Shown: positions 10,122 through 18,138 of the stretch, piece after piece
How the letters are laid out: the number at the start of each line of letters is the position of its first letter
How positions within the stretch are numbered: position 1 is the first letter of the stretch
Source of the DNA: Paraferrimonas haliotis
GTDB lineage: Bacteria; Pseudomonadota; Gammaproteobacteria; Enterobacterales; Shewanellaceae
Direction of reading: 5' to 3'
Length of the DNA stretch: 24,000 bases
NCBI RefSeq assembly: GCF_002282895.1
Contig: NZ_NRRB01000002.1
Span: forward strand, 531,676 to 555,675
Made by a program: the position numbers and the translations under genes
Notes under the pieces: generated by a model
Database searches by the model: none
Seen by the model: only the letters and a program-made list of their open reading frames with translations
Told to the model about the DNA's origin: nothing

Positions 10122-10892
10122 ATGTGCATCTTATTTGCAGCGCTTCAATGCCATCCCGAATACCCGTTAGTACTGGTGGCTAATCGCGATGAGTTTTATA
10201 CTCGCCCCAGCGCCAACGCACAATTTTGGTTGCCCGAGCGACAGCTGCTGGCAGGTCAAGACAGGCTTCAATTAGGCACCTGGCTTGGCGTGGATAGAGA
10301 GGGGCGAGTAGCTGCATTGACCAATCTGCGCAATGGTATTAAAGAAAAAAAACAAGGTCGATCCCGTGGCGATTTAGTGCTGAGAGCCATTACCAAGCCG
10401 GCCACGGTTGAAGACTACCTCACCCATCATGCTCATCAGTACAACGGCTTTAATTTGATGTTTGGCGACGCATCGGGGTTGAAGCTTTTTAACAGCGAAA
10501 GCAGAGCGTTACTCTCACTCGCACCAGGTTACCACGCCATATGCAACGGCCCGATCGAGCAGAAATGGCCGAAAATGGCGCAGGGAGAACGAGCTTTAGA
10601 AGCACTGCTGTCAACCCAAGCGACGATTAACATTGACGCCTTGTTAGCGTTAATGACCGACACCAGCATTGCGCCGGATGAGCAACTGCCCGCTACCGGT
10701 GTGAGCCTTGAGTGGGAGCGCAAACTGGCCAGTATTTTTGTGCAAACTGAGCATTACGGCACTCGCTGCACCAGCGTGTTATTGGTTGCCAAAAATGGTC
10801 GCATGACCTTTCACGAGCGTCGCTACAATCAACACGGCCTGGTGGCAGGCGACAGCCGCTTTTATTGGCACAATGCTTCTGAACTGCTGTGA
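10122..10892 (+). CDS. NRDE-family protein (DUF833 / TANGO2-like)
   Basis: N-terminal MCIL... and the eponymous ANRDEF motif. Length 256 aa. It starts 2 nt after the stop of the upstream membrane-protein gene. Confidence 0.75.
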   Translation: MCILFAALQCHPEYPLVLVANRDEFYTRPSANAQFWLPERQLLAGQDRLQLGTWLGVDREGRVAALTNLRNGIKEKKQGRSRGDLVLRAITKPATVEDYLTHHAHQYNGFNLMFGDASGLKLFNSESRALLSLAPGYHAICNGPIEQKWPKMAQGERALEALLSTQATINIDALLALMTDTSIAPDEQLPATGVSLEWERKLASIFVQTEHYGTRCTSVLLVAKNGRMTFHERRYNQHGLVAGDSRFYWHNASELL

Positions 10893-11305
10893 TCTTGAAT
10901 GATGCGCCAGCCTTGTTCAAAGCGGCGGTAGATTAAGGTAAAGTTTCCTTTGGGCTCGTCGTTTTCTCGAACAAGCTTCCAATGCCCCACAACAATTGCG
11001 GTGTCATCATGTAGCAGATCGATAAGCTCGACATCAAAGCTCAGTTTGCCCATAGTGGCTTTATCTGGGTAGTTTTTTTGGTAAGCCTCAAGGGTTGGTT
11101 GCCAGCCATAGCGCACCTCTCCACGAGAAATAAAGCGTAATCGAGGGTCGTGCCAATAACCGGCCATGTAGGCTGGAATATCACCCTTATTCCAAGCGAC
11201 CACCTGTTGTTGCAGCGCCTCTCGAATGGCCTGCTCAGGGTCTTTAGTAACGGCGACGGCACTTTGAGCTAACAATAGAATAAGCAACGAGATAACTGTG
11301 CGCAT
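10862..11305 (-). CDS. Secreted SnoaL-like / DUF4440-type (NTF2-fold) protein
   Basis: Signal peptide MRTVISLLILLLAQSAVAV, then a ~125-aa domain (AWNKGD...YW...GHWKL...GWRIIQDHSS) typical of DUF4440/NTF2-like proteins. I chose the ATG at 11305 over the longer track start. Confidence 0.55.
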   Translation of the reverse strand: MRTVISLLILLLAQSAVAVTKDPEQAIREALQQQVVAWNKGDIPAYMAGYWHDPRLRFISRGEVRYGWQPTLEAYQKNYPDKATMGKLSFDVELIDLLHDDTAIVVGHWKLVRENDEPKGNFTLIYRRFEQGWRIIQDHSSSEALCQ

Positions 11306-11359
11306 GCAACACCTTAAACATAAATTATTGATTTTAATTAGTATAAATAGAAACACACA

Positions 11360-11908
11360 ATGATGCGACGTTTTTGCAATTGGCTATTAAAATGCATTGG
11401 CTGGCAGGTTACCGGCAGCATACCACCGCAGCAATTTATTATGATAGTGGGTCCACACAGCAGTAATTGGGATTTTATCATCGGCATTATTGCTCGCTTT
11501 GCCGTTGGCAGAAAAATCAATTTTATCGGTAAACATCAATTATTTATTCCGCCTTGGGGCTGGTTATTTAGCGCGTTAGGCGGCTACGGTGTCAATCGCA
11601 AAAAAAATAACAAAATAGTGGGCACGGCTGTGGAGCTGTATCGAAGTAACCCCGAGTTTTGCTTAGCCTTGGCTCCTGAAGGCACTCGTTCCCCTGTAAC
11701 ACGTTGGAAGATGGGGTTTTATCACATTGCCAAAGAGGCTCGAGTGCCCATTATTTGTGTAGGCTTAGACTTCAAACTCAAACAGATACAAATACAGCCG
11801 CCGTTTCATTGCAGCGACGATATGCAGGCTGATATTCGGCAGTTGCTTGAGTATTTTCGCACGGTATCACCAAAGTACCCTAAGACGATTCCCGACTATG
11901 AAGGCTAA
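11360..11908 (+). CDS. Lysophospholipid/1-acyl-sn-glycerol-3-phosphate acyltransferase family protein
   Basis: HX4D motif in GPHSSNWDF and the acyl-acceptor pocket motif APEGTRS. Confidence 0.75.
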   Translation: MMRRFCNWLLKCIGWQVTGSIPPQQFIMIVGPHSSNWDFIIGIIARFAVGRKINFIGKHQLFIPPWGWLFSALGGYGVNRKKNNKIVGTAVELYRSNPEFCLALAPEGTRSPVTRWKMGFYHIAKEARVPIICVGLDFKLKQIQIQPPFHCSDDMQADIRQLLEYFRTVSPKYPKTIPDYEG

Positions 11909-13178
11909 TGCCTTCCATGTCTCGACCCGATGGGTGCTGGTAAGCACGAAGACCAAACTCAGGTAACACCGCAAAGATGTGGTCAAAAATATCCGCCTGA
12001 ATGGCCTCATAGTTTGCCCAGCGAATGTCATTACTGAAGACGTAAACCTCCATTGGAACACCGGTTTGAGTGCTGGCCAGTTGACGCACTAAAAAGGTCA
12101 TCTGAGGGTGGATGTTCTGATTAGCTTTTAAATACGCCTCTAGATAGGCTCGAAACGTGCCTAAGTTAGTTAAACGGCGGCCATTAATTCCGCTGTTATT
12201 TTTAAGCTGTGCTTGCTTGTCGCTTAAATAAGGGGCAATCAGTTTAAATGCTTTGAGTGATTCGATTTGCTCGTCATCCAAGAAGTGTACGGTATTCAGG
12301 TCAATATTTACCGCTCGTTTGATGCGACGACCTCCAGACTCGGACATGCCGCGCCAATTTCGAAACGCATCAGACACCAACGCATAGGCTGGAATCATGG
12401 TGATGGTCTTATCCCAATTACGCACCTTTACCGTGGTCAAACTGACTTGCTCCACTTCGCCATCAGCGCCGTACTTGCTCATTTCTATCCAATCGCCACG
12501 GCTCACCATATTGTTTGCAGCAAGCTGAATGCCCGCCACGAACCCCAATATTGTGTCCCGAAACACCAGCATGACTAAACCGGTTGCTACCCCTAAACCG
12601 CTAAGGAAGTAAATGGGGGAGTTACCCGTTACCAAAGAGACGGCAAGAATAAGGAATACAAAGGATAAGAAAAGCTTAAACAGCTGCACCACCGAGTTAA
12701 TCGGCAGTCGTCGACCCACATCATTAGAGTCGGCCATATCATTGCTGGCATTTAATGCGGCAAACAACACTCGAGTAACCTGCAGCATAATAAGCAGTGT
12801 CAGAGTCGTTTGTAGAACGCCTTCAAGCCAGTGTTCATTGGGAAAGTAAAGCGGAACCATGACGTCGATAACGATCAATGGCACCACGACCGACATTTTC
12901 TCAAGCACCTTGTGCTCCATGAAAATATCGTCCCAGCGAACTTTTGAACGCTCAATGATTTTATTGAGTCCCTGTACCACTCCGCGTCGAACAAACACGT
13001 ACGCGATAATTGCCAACAGCAGACTAGTAACAATGACGACGCCAGAGCTCACCGCGTCTTGTGGAGTCTCGCTGATGCCCATCATATTAAGCCCAGCGAT
13101 CAATAATTCTCGTAACTCGTGTTCCACGGCAAGCCCTTGATAGCAATTGATTAAGGTTACAGTGTAAACCGAAATCAA
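11880..13178 (-). CDS. Mechanosensitive ion channel family protein (MscS-like)
   Basis: TM3/beta-domain region GLGVATGLVMLVFRDTILGFVAGIQLAANNMVSRGDWIEM...GEVEQVSLTTVKVRNWDKTITMIPAY. The start is uncertain: TTG 13178, GTG 13127 or ATG 13085. Confidence 0.8.
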   Translation of the reverse strand: MISVYTVTLINCYQGLAVEHELRELLIAGLNMMGISETPQDAVSSGVVIVTSLLLAIIAYVFVRRGVVQGLNKIIERSKVRWDDIFMEHKVLEKMSVVVPLIVIDVMVPLYFPNEHWLEGVLQTTLTLLIMLQVTRVLFAALNASNDMADSNDVGRRLPINSVVQLFKLFLSFVFLILAVSLVTGNSPIYFLSGLGVATGLVMLVFRDTILGFVAGIQLAANNMVSRGDWIEMSKYGADGEVEQVSLTTVKVRNWDKTITMIPAYALVSDAFRNWRGMSESGGRRIKRAVNIDLNTVHFLDDEQIESLKAFKLIAPYLSDKQAQLKNNSGINGRRLTNLGTFRAYLEAYLKANQNIHPQMTFLVRQLASTQTGVPMEVYVFSNDIRWANYEAIQADIFDHIFAVLPEFGLRAYQHPSGRDMEGISLHSRESS

Positions 13179-13207
13179 AAGCGATCAAGAGTTGCAACTT
13201 CACAGCG

Positions 13208-14251
13208 CTAGTTAACCACCTGATGGAAAAGGTTTTGCACTAAGTACAAGCCTAAAATGCAGATCAGCATAGAGATAAACGGCGTCACAATCCAACCCAC
13301 CACAATGCGGCCAATATTACTCCAAGTAATGCTCAGTCGGCGGTATAAGCCGATACCGATAACAGCGCCAATAACCGCTTGCGAGCTGGATACCGGAACC
13401 AATGGAATGGCTGGCAAACCAAGGCTTGCGACGAAGTTTGATAAGGTTACCGAAGAGAACACAAACAAGGTAATTGAATGAGCCATCACCACAACCCAAG
13501 CGGTCACCGGCGTCATCGGAATCAAACTGGAGCCTACGGTCATCATGACTTTCTTAGAGTATGTAAATACACCCACGGCAATGGCGACACCACCTAAGAA
13601 AAACAATTGCATGGTTGAAGTTACTGAGAAGCCCATCGTCGAAAAGCTTTCAAACGGGCTTGAGCTTACAAATACCCCCATTACGTTGGCAATGTTGTTG
13701 GCGCCTAAGCTGTATGCACCAAAGGCACCGGCACCAATTAAGCCAATGCGGGTCCAGTTATCCAACTGAAACAAACCAGGGCGCGCTTTTTCCAATCCAA
13801 TGGTAACCGCTTTATACAGTCCAACCGCAATAAAAGCACTGAGAATGGGGCAAATAACCCAAGTACTGACAATTTTGGTTAATACGGATGAATCAGTGAC
13901 TAGGTTGCTGAAAAAGTTCCAGCCAATAATAGCACCTACAATCGCTTGACCTGTGGACACAGGAATGCCAGCGCGGGTCATCACAAACACGGTAACCGCA
14001 GCGGATAGTGCCACGGTAAATGCGCCACCAATAGCTGAAACGCTCCCTAAGGCTCCCAGCGTATGAGAAGCGCCGGCACCACTAATAACGGCACCTAAAA
14101 TTACGAAAATCGAACAGATGATAGCGGCGGTTTTAAAGCGCACCATTTTGGAGCCGACCGCCGAACCAAACACGTTAGCGGCGTCGTTGGCTCCGAGTGA
14201 CCAGCCTAAGAACAGGCCACTGGATAAAAATATGAGCGTTGCAATATCCAT
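13208..14251 (-). CDS. Inorganic phosphate transporter, short PiT (PHO4) family
   Basis: Duplicated GANDxxN signature (GANDAANVFGSAVG near the N-terminus, LGANNIANVMG in the second half). A 347-aa polytopic protein immediately downstream of a DUF47 gene, the classic pairing (B. subtilis ykaA-pit). Confidence 0.85.
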   Translation of the reverse strand: MDIATLIFLSSGLFLGWSLGANDAANVFGSAVGSKMVRFKTAAIICSIFVILGAVISGAGASHTLGALGSVSAIGGAFTVALSAAVTVFVMTRAGIPVSTGQAIVGAIIGWNFFSNLVTDSSVLTKIVSTWVICPILSAFIAVGLYKAVTIGLEKARPGLFQLDNWTRIGLIGAGAFGAYSLGANNIANVMGVFVSSSPFESFSTMGFSVTSTMQLFFLGGVAIAVGVFTYSKKVMMTVGSSLIPMTPVTAWVVVMAHSITLFVFSSVTLSNFVASLGLPAIPLVPVSSSQAVIGAVIGIGLYRRLSITWSNIGRIVVGWIVTPFISMLICILGLYLVQNLFHQVVN

Positions 14252-14265
14252 TAGTTCCCCTGCGC

Positions 14266-14934
14266 TTACTGAGCGCGTTTAAGAGTGAAAATTGACACTC
14301 GGTCACTAATGTCTTCGGCTAAATTGGCCACTTGCTCTATACGGTCACAAAAGTATCGCAGCTGCACCTTATTGGTGAGCGGTAAATCGGTGTTAAAAAT
14401 GGTGGTTTTCACGCGCTGACAAGCATCGTCGCAATCGCTTTCAAACTCCATTACCTTTAGGTGGTATTCGTGAACACGCTGAAAATCCGAGAAGAAACTG
14501 CGAGTGCACAGTAAGGTATGGTCGACGGTATCGCCAACAACTTGTACAAAACTCAGCAATTGCTCATGAGCTTCTTCTGGTATCACAGGCTTTTCTATAA
14601 GCAAATGATTACCAATGGTTTCTTGCTTATTAATAACGCGGTCGATGCTTTCCACAAGGCTGGCGACATCGGAACGCATGTCAGGGATTAGGGTCTTCTT
14701 GTACAGATCCATTTCAATCTGACGGCGAAGCTTGTCGGCTTTTTTTTCAATTCGTCTTAAGTGTTCAAGGGTATCAGCAAAACGTTCGCTGTCGGCGCCA
14801 CTTTGCAAGTAGATTTGCCACAGCTGAAAAAACTTGTGTTGAGACAGAGTAACTTGGTCAAAAAAGGAAAATAGTAACCGCTCGGTAGAGTGGCTCTTAG
14901 ATAATAGGTTGTTGATTTTGCTGAAAGAGAGCAT
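14266..14934 (-). CDS. DUF47 (PhoU-like, Pit accessory) protein
   Basis: An all-helical ~222-aa protein located 14 nt upstream of the PiT gene. The ATG at 14934 has a GGAG Shine-Dalgarno; the track start at 15006 adds an implausible N-terminal extension. Confidence 0.7.
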   Translation of the reverse strand: MLSFSKINNLLSKSHSTERLLFSFFDQVTLSQHKFFQLWQIYLQSGADSERFADTLEHLRRIEKKADKLRRQIEMDLYKKTLIPDMRSDVASLVESIDRVINKQETIGNHLLIEKPVIPEEAHEQLLSFVQVVGDTVDHTLLCTRSFFSDFQRVHEYHLKVMEFESDCDDACQRVKTTIFNTDLPLTNKVQLRYFCDRIEQVANLAEDISDRVSIFTLKRAQ

Positions 14935-15046
14935 GTTTTTCTCCGGGCATTTCTCCATGAAATGATGATTAGCGATGAATGGAAAGTGACTTGAAAGCAT
15001 GAGCAAAGAGAGTTTGGGAGAAAGCCCTCATTTGCTCATGCTCGTC

Positions 15047-15067
15047 AAAAAAGCCACCGAAGTGGCT
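15047..15067 (-). terminator. Rho-independent terminator after the 277-aa secreted-protein gene
   Basis: The minus strand reads AGCCAC-UUCG-GUGGCU followed by UUUUU, 9 nt after the TAA stop. Confidence 0.7.
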
Positions 15068-15075
15068 CAATTGAT

Positions 15076-15909
15076 TTACTTATTGAAGCCTTTGCTTAAC
15101 TTGAAAGTAGCGCCGGTTTTAGAGCCAGTGTGCATGCCTTCTAGTAGGCCGATGCGCTCAACTTCTTGCTCAATGTGAGCAGCTGCTTCTGCTAGTAACT
15201 TGCTGTTAGAAGCGTGGCCTTTGAAGTTAAACTCACCGAAGTAGATGCGAGGTTTGCGGTACAATGGAGTCCAGTAAGCAAACTCAACTTCTAGGCTGTC
15301 AAAGCGGCTGTCTTTAAGCTGACCTTCCCACTCAAGAGCACGCATCACTTCAGTTTGGATGATCTTGCCTTTGTTGGCTTCGTAGATGTCTTTCACCAAG
15401 TTGTAAGCGGCACGGTTGTGAGCACGGATGGTGGCGAATACTTTATCAACGTCAACGTTTTTCACGTCAATGTCAGCTGAAGAGTATGGGATGTCCCAAG
15501 ATACGCCGTAAGCGTTTTTACCGGCAGTGATGTCGATTTCTGCTTTACGGTAGTTGCTTACCGCACCGAAAGCTTCAGGGTTGGCACCACGTAGCTTAAC
15601 GGTAATTTTAGTTTTGGTTTGGTTAGCCACGTTCTCACGAACACGGATAATCAACTCTGCTTTGTCGAACGCCATATCAGGCGTATCCAAGTAAGTAACT
15701 AGCTTGTGACCTTGCTTACTGGTGTAGGTCATGAAGTCAAAAGTATTTTCAAACGCAGCAGTACGAGAGTTAGTTGCGTAAGGTAGGGTTTTACCAACAC
15801 CGGTGTTGATGTGGTGCTCAATGCGGTTAAAGTCGCTTTCGCTTAACGCTAATGCGCTTGAACTTAGGCACAAACCTACAACAGCGCTCATGAGTTTTGC
15901 TAATTTCAT
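15076..15909 (-). CDS. Secreted protein of unknown function; candidate extracytoplasmic TTM/CYTH-like beta-barrel
   Basis: Sec signal peptide MKLAKLMSAVVGLCLSSSALA|LSE. Alternating charged-residue strands (YLDTPDMAFDKAELIIRVRE, KITVKLRG, KAEIDIT, MRALEWEG, LEVEFAYW, FGEFNFKG) resemble CYTH tunnel strands. The fold call is pattern-based only. Confidence 0.45.
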   Translation of the reverse strand: MKLAKLMSAVVGLCLSSSALALSESDFNRIEHHINTGVGKTLPYATNSRTAAFENTFDFMTYTSKQGHKLVTYLDTPDMAFDKAELIIRVRENVANQTKTKITVKLRGANPEAFGAVSNYRKAEIDITAGKNAYGVSWDIPYSSADIDVKNVDVDKVFATIRAHNRAAYNLVKDIYEANKGKIIQTEVMRALEWEGQLKDSRFDSLEVEFAYWTPLYRKPRIYFGEFNFKGHASNSKLLAEAAAHIEQEVERIGLLEGMHTGSKTGATFKLSKGFNK

Positions 15910-15943
15910 TGATAGTCCTTAATTCTAATTATATGTAATCGAT

Positions 15944-15978
15944 TTGCCGGTACAGCGCGTTTTTCGCTGTACCGGCAA
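15944..15978 (-). other. Perfect 14-bp stem-loop between the porin gene and the secreted-protein gene
   Basis: TTGCCGGTACAGCG (15944-15957) pairs with CGCTGTACCGGCAA (15965-15978) around a 7-nt loop. No U-tract follows it on the minus strand, so it is possibly an mRNA stabiliser or partial terminator. Confidence 0.6.
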
Positions 15979-15984
15979 AAATGC

Positions 15985-17328
15985 TTAGAAGTAGTAAGCC
16001 ATACGGAACTGATAGCTGCTGGTATCGAACTTGTCAGCATTGATAGCCGTTTGTACGTCTTGGTACTTAGCTTCAGCATGAACGTAGTTGAATTGAGCTT
16101 TTAGGTTGTGCTCTAAGTACCAGTTCAAACCAACAACCATAGTGGTTTGCTCACCACCTTTGATGTCTTTCATTGGATCCGCATCAGCAGAGTTCAAATC
16201 GATGTAGCTGTAACGAGCCGCCACTTCGAATGCACCCCAACCACCTTGAGAAATCGGGTTGTCTGGGCTAACTGCACGGAAGCCACCGTTACGAGCACGG
16301 TAAGTCCAAGATTCGCCAGTGAAGGTGTATGCTGCTTGAACGTTGAAACCGCCAAGGTTTACAGAATCGCCGTCGATACGGTCGATCATAGAGCCAACGT
16401 ACTCACCCATTACTAACAAGTTGCGGTATTGGTATGCAGCTTCTACGCCGTAGTTAATTTCAGACTTAGAATCGAACTTACCTGTGTTAACCATACGCTC
16501 ACCCCATTTGTGATCTGGGCGCGCACGGTAACGGGACTCTTGATTGTCATCGTTAAAGTGGTTGTATAAGGCACTTGCACCTAAGTGAACCAACTGGCTG
16601 TTGCTTTGGTAAACAGGAGAGGTAATGCGGAAGTTTGCTACTGCACCTTCTACTTCACCACCGTCGATGAAGTCATCTGCAAGGATGCTCGCACCAGCAC
16701 GGAAGTTAACTTTACCTGGGGCGTAACGCCATTCGATACCCACGTTACGGTCTGGAGCAAACTGGTCAAGCGCTGAACGTTCTAGGAACATGTTGTGCGC
16801 CGAGCTGTTAGTGCTTTCTAGACCAAAGGCGTATTTTTGGAAACCGAAGGTGATGCGGTTGTTTGGAATGGCGCGGTAAGCTACCAACGCATCTTTTAGA
16901 TCAACTTCGTTTTCTGCGAAGTCCATTTGCAATTCGTATTCCCAAACTTGGGCAAACTTACCTTCAACGCCTAAACGCAAGCGACGTAAGTTAACAGTTT
17001 CGTATCCTTCTACAACGCTGCCATTATCAACGTCTTTAGAACCGTCGTACTTGAATTGGTCGTCGGTGCTGGTGATATCCATGTGGATACGACCTTTCAG
17101 TTGAGTGGTAGAGCGACCGTCGGCTGATACTAATTCACCAGAAGGAGTGCTTGGCTTAAAGCGAACGCGGTCAACGCGTTGAGAAGCACTTTGAGCGTCA
17201 ATCATTTCACGCTCAAGCATATCAATACGCTCTTCCAGTTCAGTGATGGATGTTTCTGCCATTGCTGGAGTCACAGCAAATAGAGAGGCCGAAACGGCTA
17301 ATGCGATAGTGCTAATGGTTGTTTTCAT
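15985..17328 (-). CDS. Phosphate-selective porin O/P family outer-membrane protein
   Basis: Signal peptide MKTTISTIALAVSASLFAVTPAMA and an N-terminal coiled-coil (ITELEERIDMLEREM). LKGRIHMD and RRLRLGVEGKF..WEYELQMDF..DLKDALVAY are typical of Porin_O_P. The C-terminus is ...FRMAYYF. The ATG at 17328 has a GGAGG Shine-Dalgarno. Confidence 0.8.
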   Translation of the reverse strand: MKTTISTIALAVSASLFAVTPAMAETSITELEERIDMLEREMIDAQSASQRVDRVRFKPSTPSGELVSADGRSTTQLKGRIHMDITSTDDQFKYDGSKDVDNGSVVEGYETVNLRRLRLGVEGKFAQVWEYELQMDFAENEVDLKDALVAYRAIPNNRITFGFQKYAFGLESTNSSAHNMFLERSALDQFAPDRNVGIEWRYAPGKVNFRAGASILADDFIDGGEVEGAVANFRITSPVYQSNSQLVHLGASALYNHFNDDNQESRYRARPDHKWGERMVNTGKFDSKSEINYGVEAAYQYRNLLVMGEYVGSMIDRIDGDSVNLGGFNVQAAYTFTGESWTYRARNGGFRAVSPDNPISQGGWGAFEVAARYSYIDLNSADADPMKDIKGGEQTTMVVGLNWYLEHNLKAQFNYVHAEAKYQDVQTAINADKFDTSSYQFRMAYYF

Positions 17329-17572
17329 GTTAATCCTCCAAAGAAAACTTTTTATTGGGGACTGCATGTTCGATGGTTTGAATCGAAGCTTTAGGCCCCT
17401 TTTTTGTTCGGAAGTAAGACTAACCCTAGTGTTAACAAATAAATGTGATCCAGCTAACAAGTTTCAACCACATCTGACAATTTACACCTCAAAAAAACAA
17501 AATGATGACCTAGATCAAACTAACTCAAACATACGTTTAAACACGCCTAAAGCATTGATTTAAATAGGTAAT

Positions 17573-17615
17573 AAAAAAACCCCTGTTAAGAAATGGTAAC
17601 CATTAACTTAACAGG
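17573..17615 (-). terminator. Rho-independent terminator after the CYTH gene
   Basis: A 9-bp stem CCTGTTAAG / CTTAACAGG with an inner AATGGT/ACCATT extension. On the minus strand GGTTTTTTTAT follows it. Confidence 0.7.
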
Positions 17616-17657
17616 AGCTTTTTTAACAGATGAACTACTTAAAAGAAACTAAAGAAA

Positions 17658-18128
17658 TCACCAAGTGCTATAAGGTGCTTTCATTAACATTGAGTTATAG
17701 TATTTAGCATCACCGGTTACTTCTTCAGCTAACCAAGCTGGCTTAGCAACCGCTTGCTCTTCTGATTCTAACTCCACTTCGGCAACAATCAGTCCTTGGT
17801 TATCACCATAGAACTCATCAACCTCGAAGGTGTGACCTTCAAAGTCAACTAGGTAGCGAGTTTTATCAATAACGCCAGGTTCGCAGATTGCCAGCAATTC
17901 CTTCGCTTCCTCTACAGAGATTTGCTTTTCCCATTCGTAACGGCTCGCACCAGAAGCGCTTCCAATACCTTTAATGGTTAAAAAACCAGCCTCACCTTTA
18001 ATGCGAACACGAACCGTTCTTTCAGGTACGCTGCTTAGGTAGCCTTGAACGATACGCACGGACTTTTTTGAAATCGCAGAAAAGTCGGTAGGCTGAACTA
18101 AATACTTGCGTTCAATTTCTTGTGCCAT
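17658..18128 (-). CDS. CYTH-domain protein (triphosphate tunnel metalloenzyme, NeuTTM/CthTTM-like)
   Basis: Canonical N-terminal EIERKYLV (ExExK). Also VRVRIKG, LTIKG, RYEWEK, KTRYLV, FEVDEF, VAEVELESE and a C-terminal W. AGGAGA Shine-Dalgarno. Confidence 0.85.
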   Translation of the reverse strand: MAQEIERKYLVQPTDFSAISKKSVRIVQGYLSSVPERTVRVRIKGEAGFLTIKGIGSASGASRYEWEKQISVEEAKELLAICEPGVIDKTRYLVDFEGHTFEVDEFYGDNQGLIVAEVELESEEQAVAKPAWLAEEVTGDAKYYNSMLMKAPYSTW

Positions 18129-18138
18129 GGGTGTTCTC

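Noticed and set aside
14935-15045. Looked for a canonical Pho box (CTGTCAT-N4-CTGTCAT) upstream of DUF47-PiT, and also in 18778-19099.
   Set aside because: I found no convincing match by eye, so phosphate regulation of these units remains an untested assumption.
17243-17563. A 106-aa plus-strand ORF spanning the porin start and its upstream region.
   Set aside because: It overlaps the porin signal-peptide region antisense and runs through AT-rich promoter DNA. It has no Shine-Dalgarno and an implausible composition.
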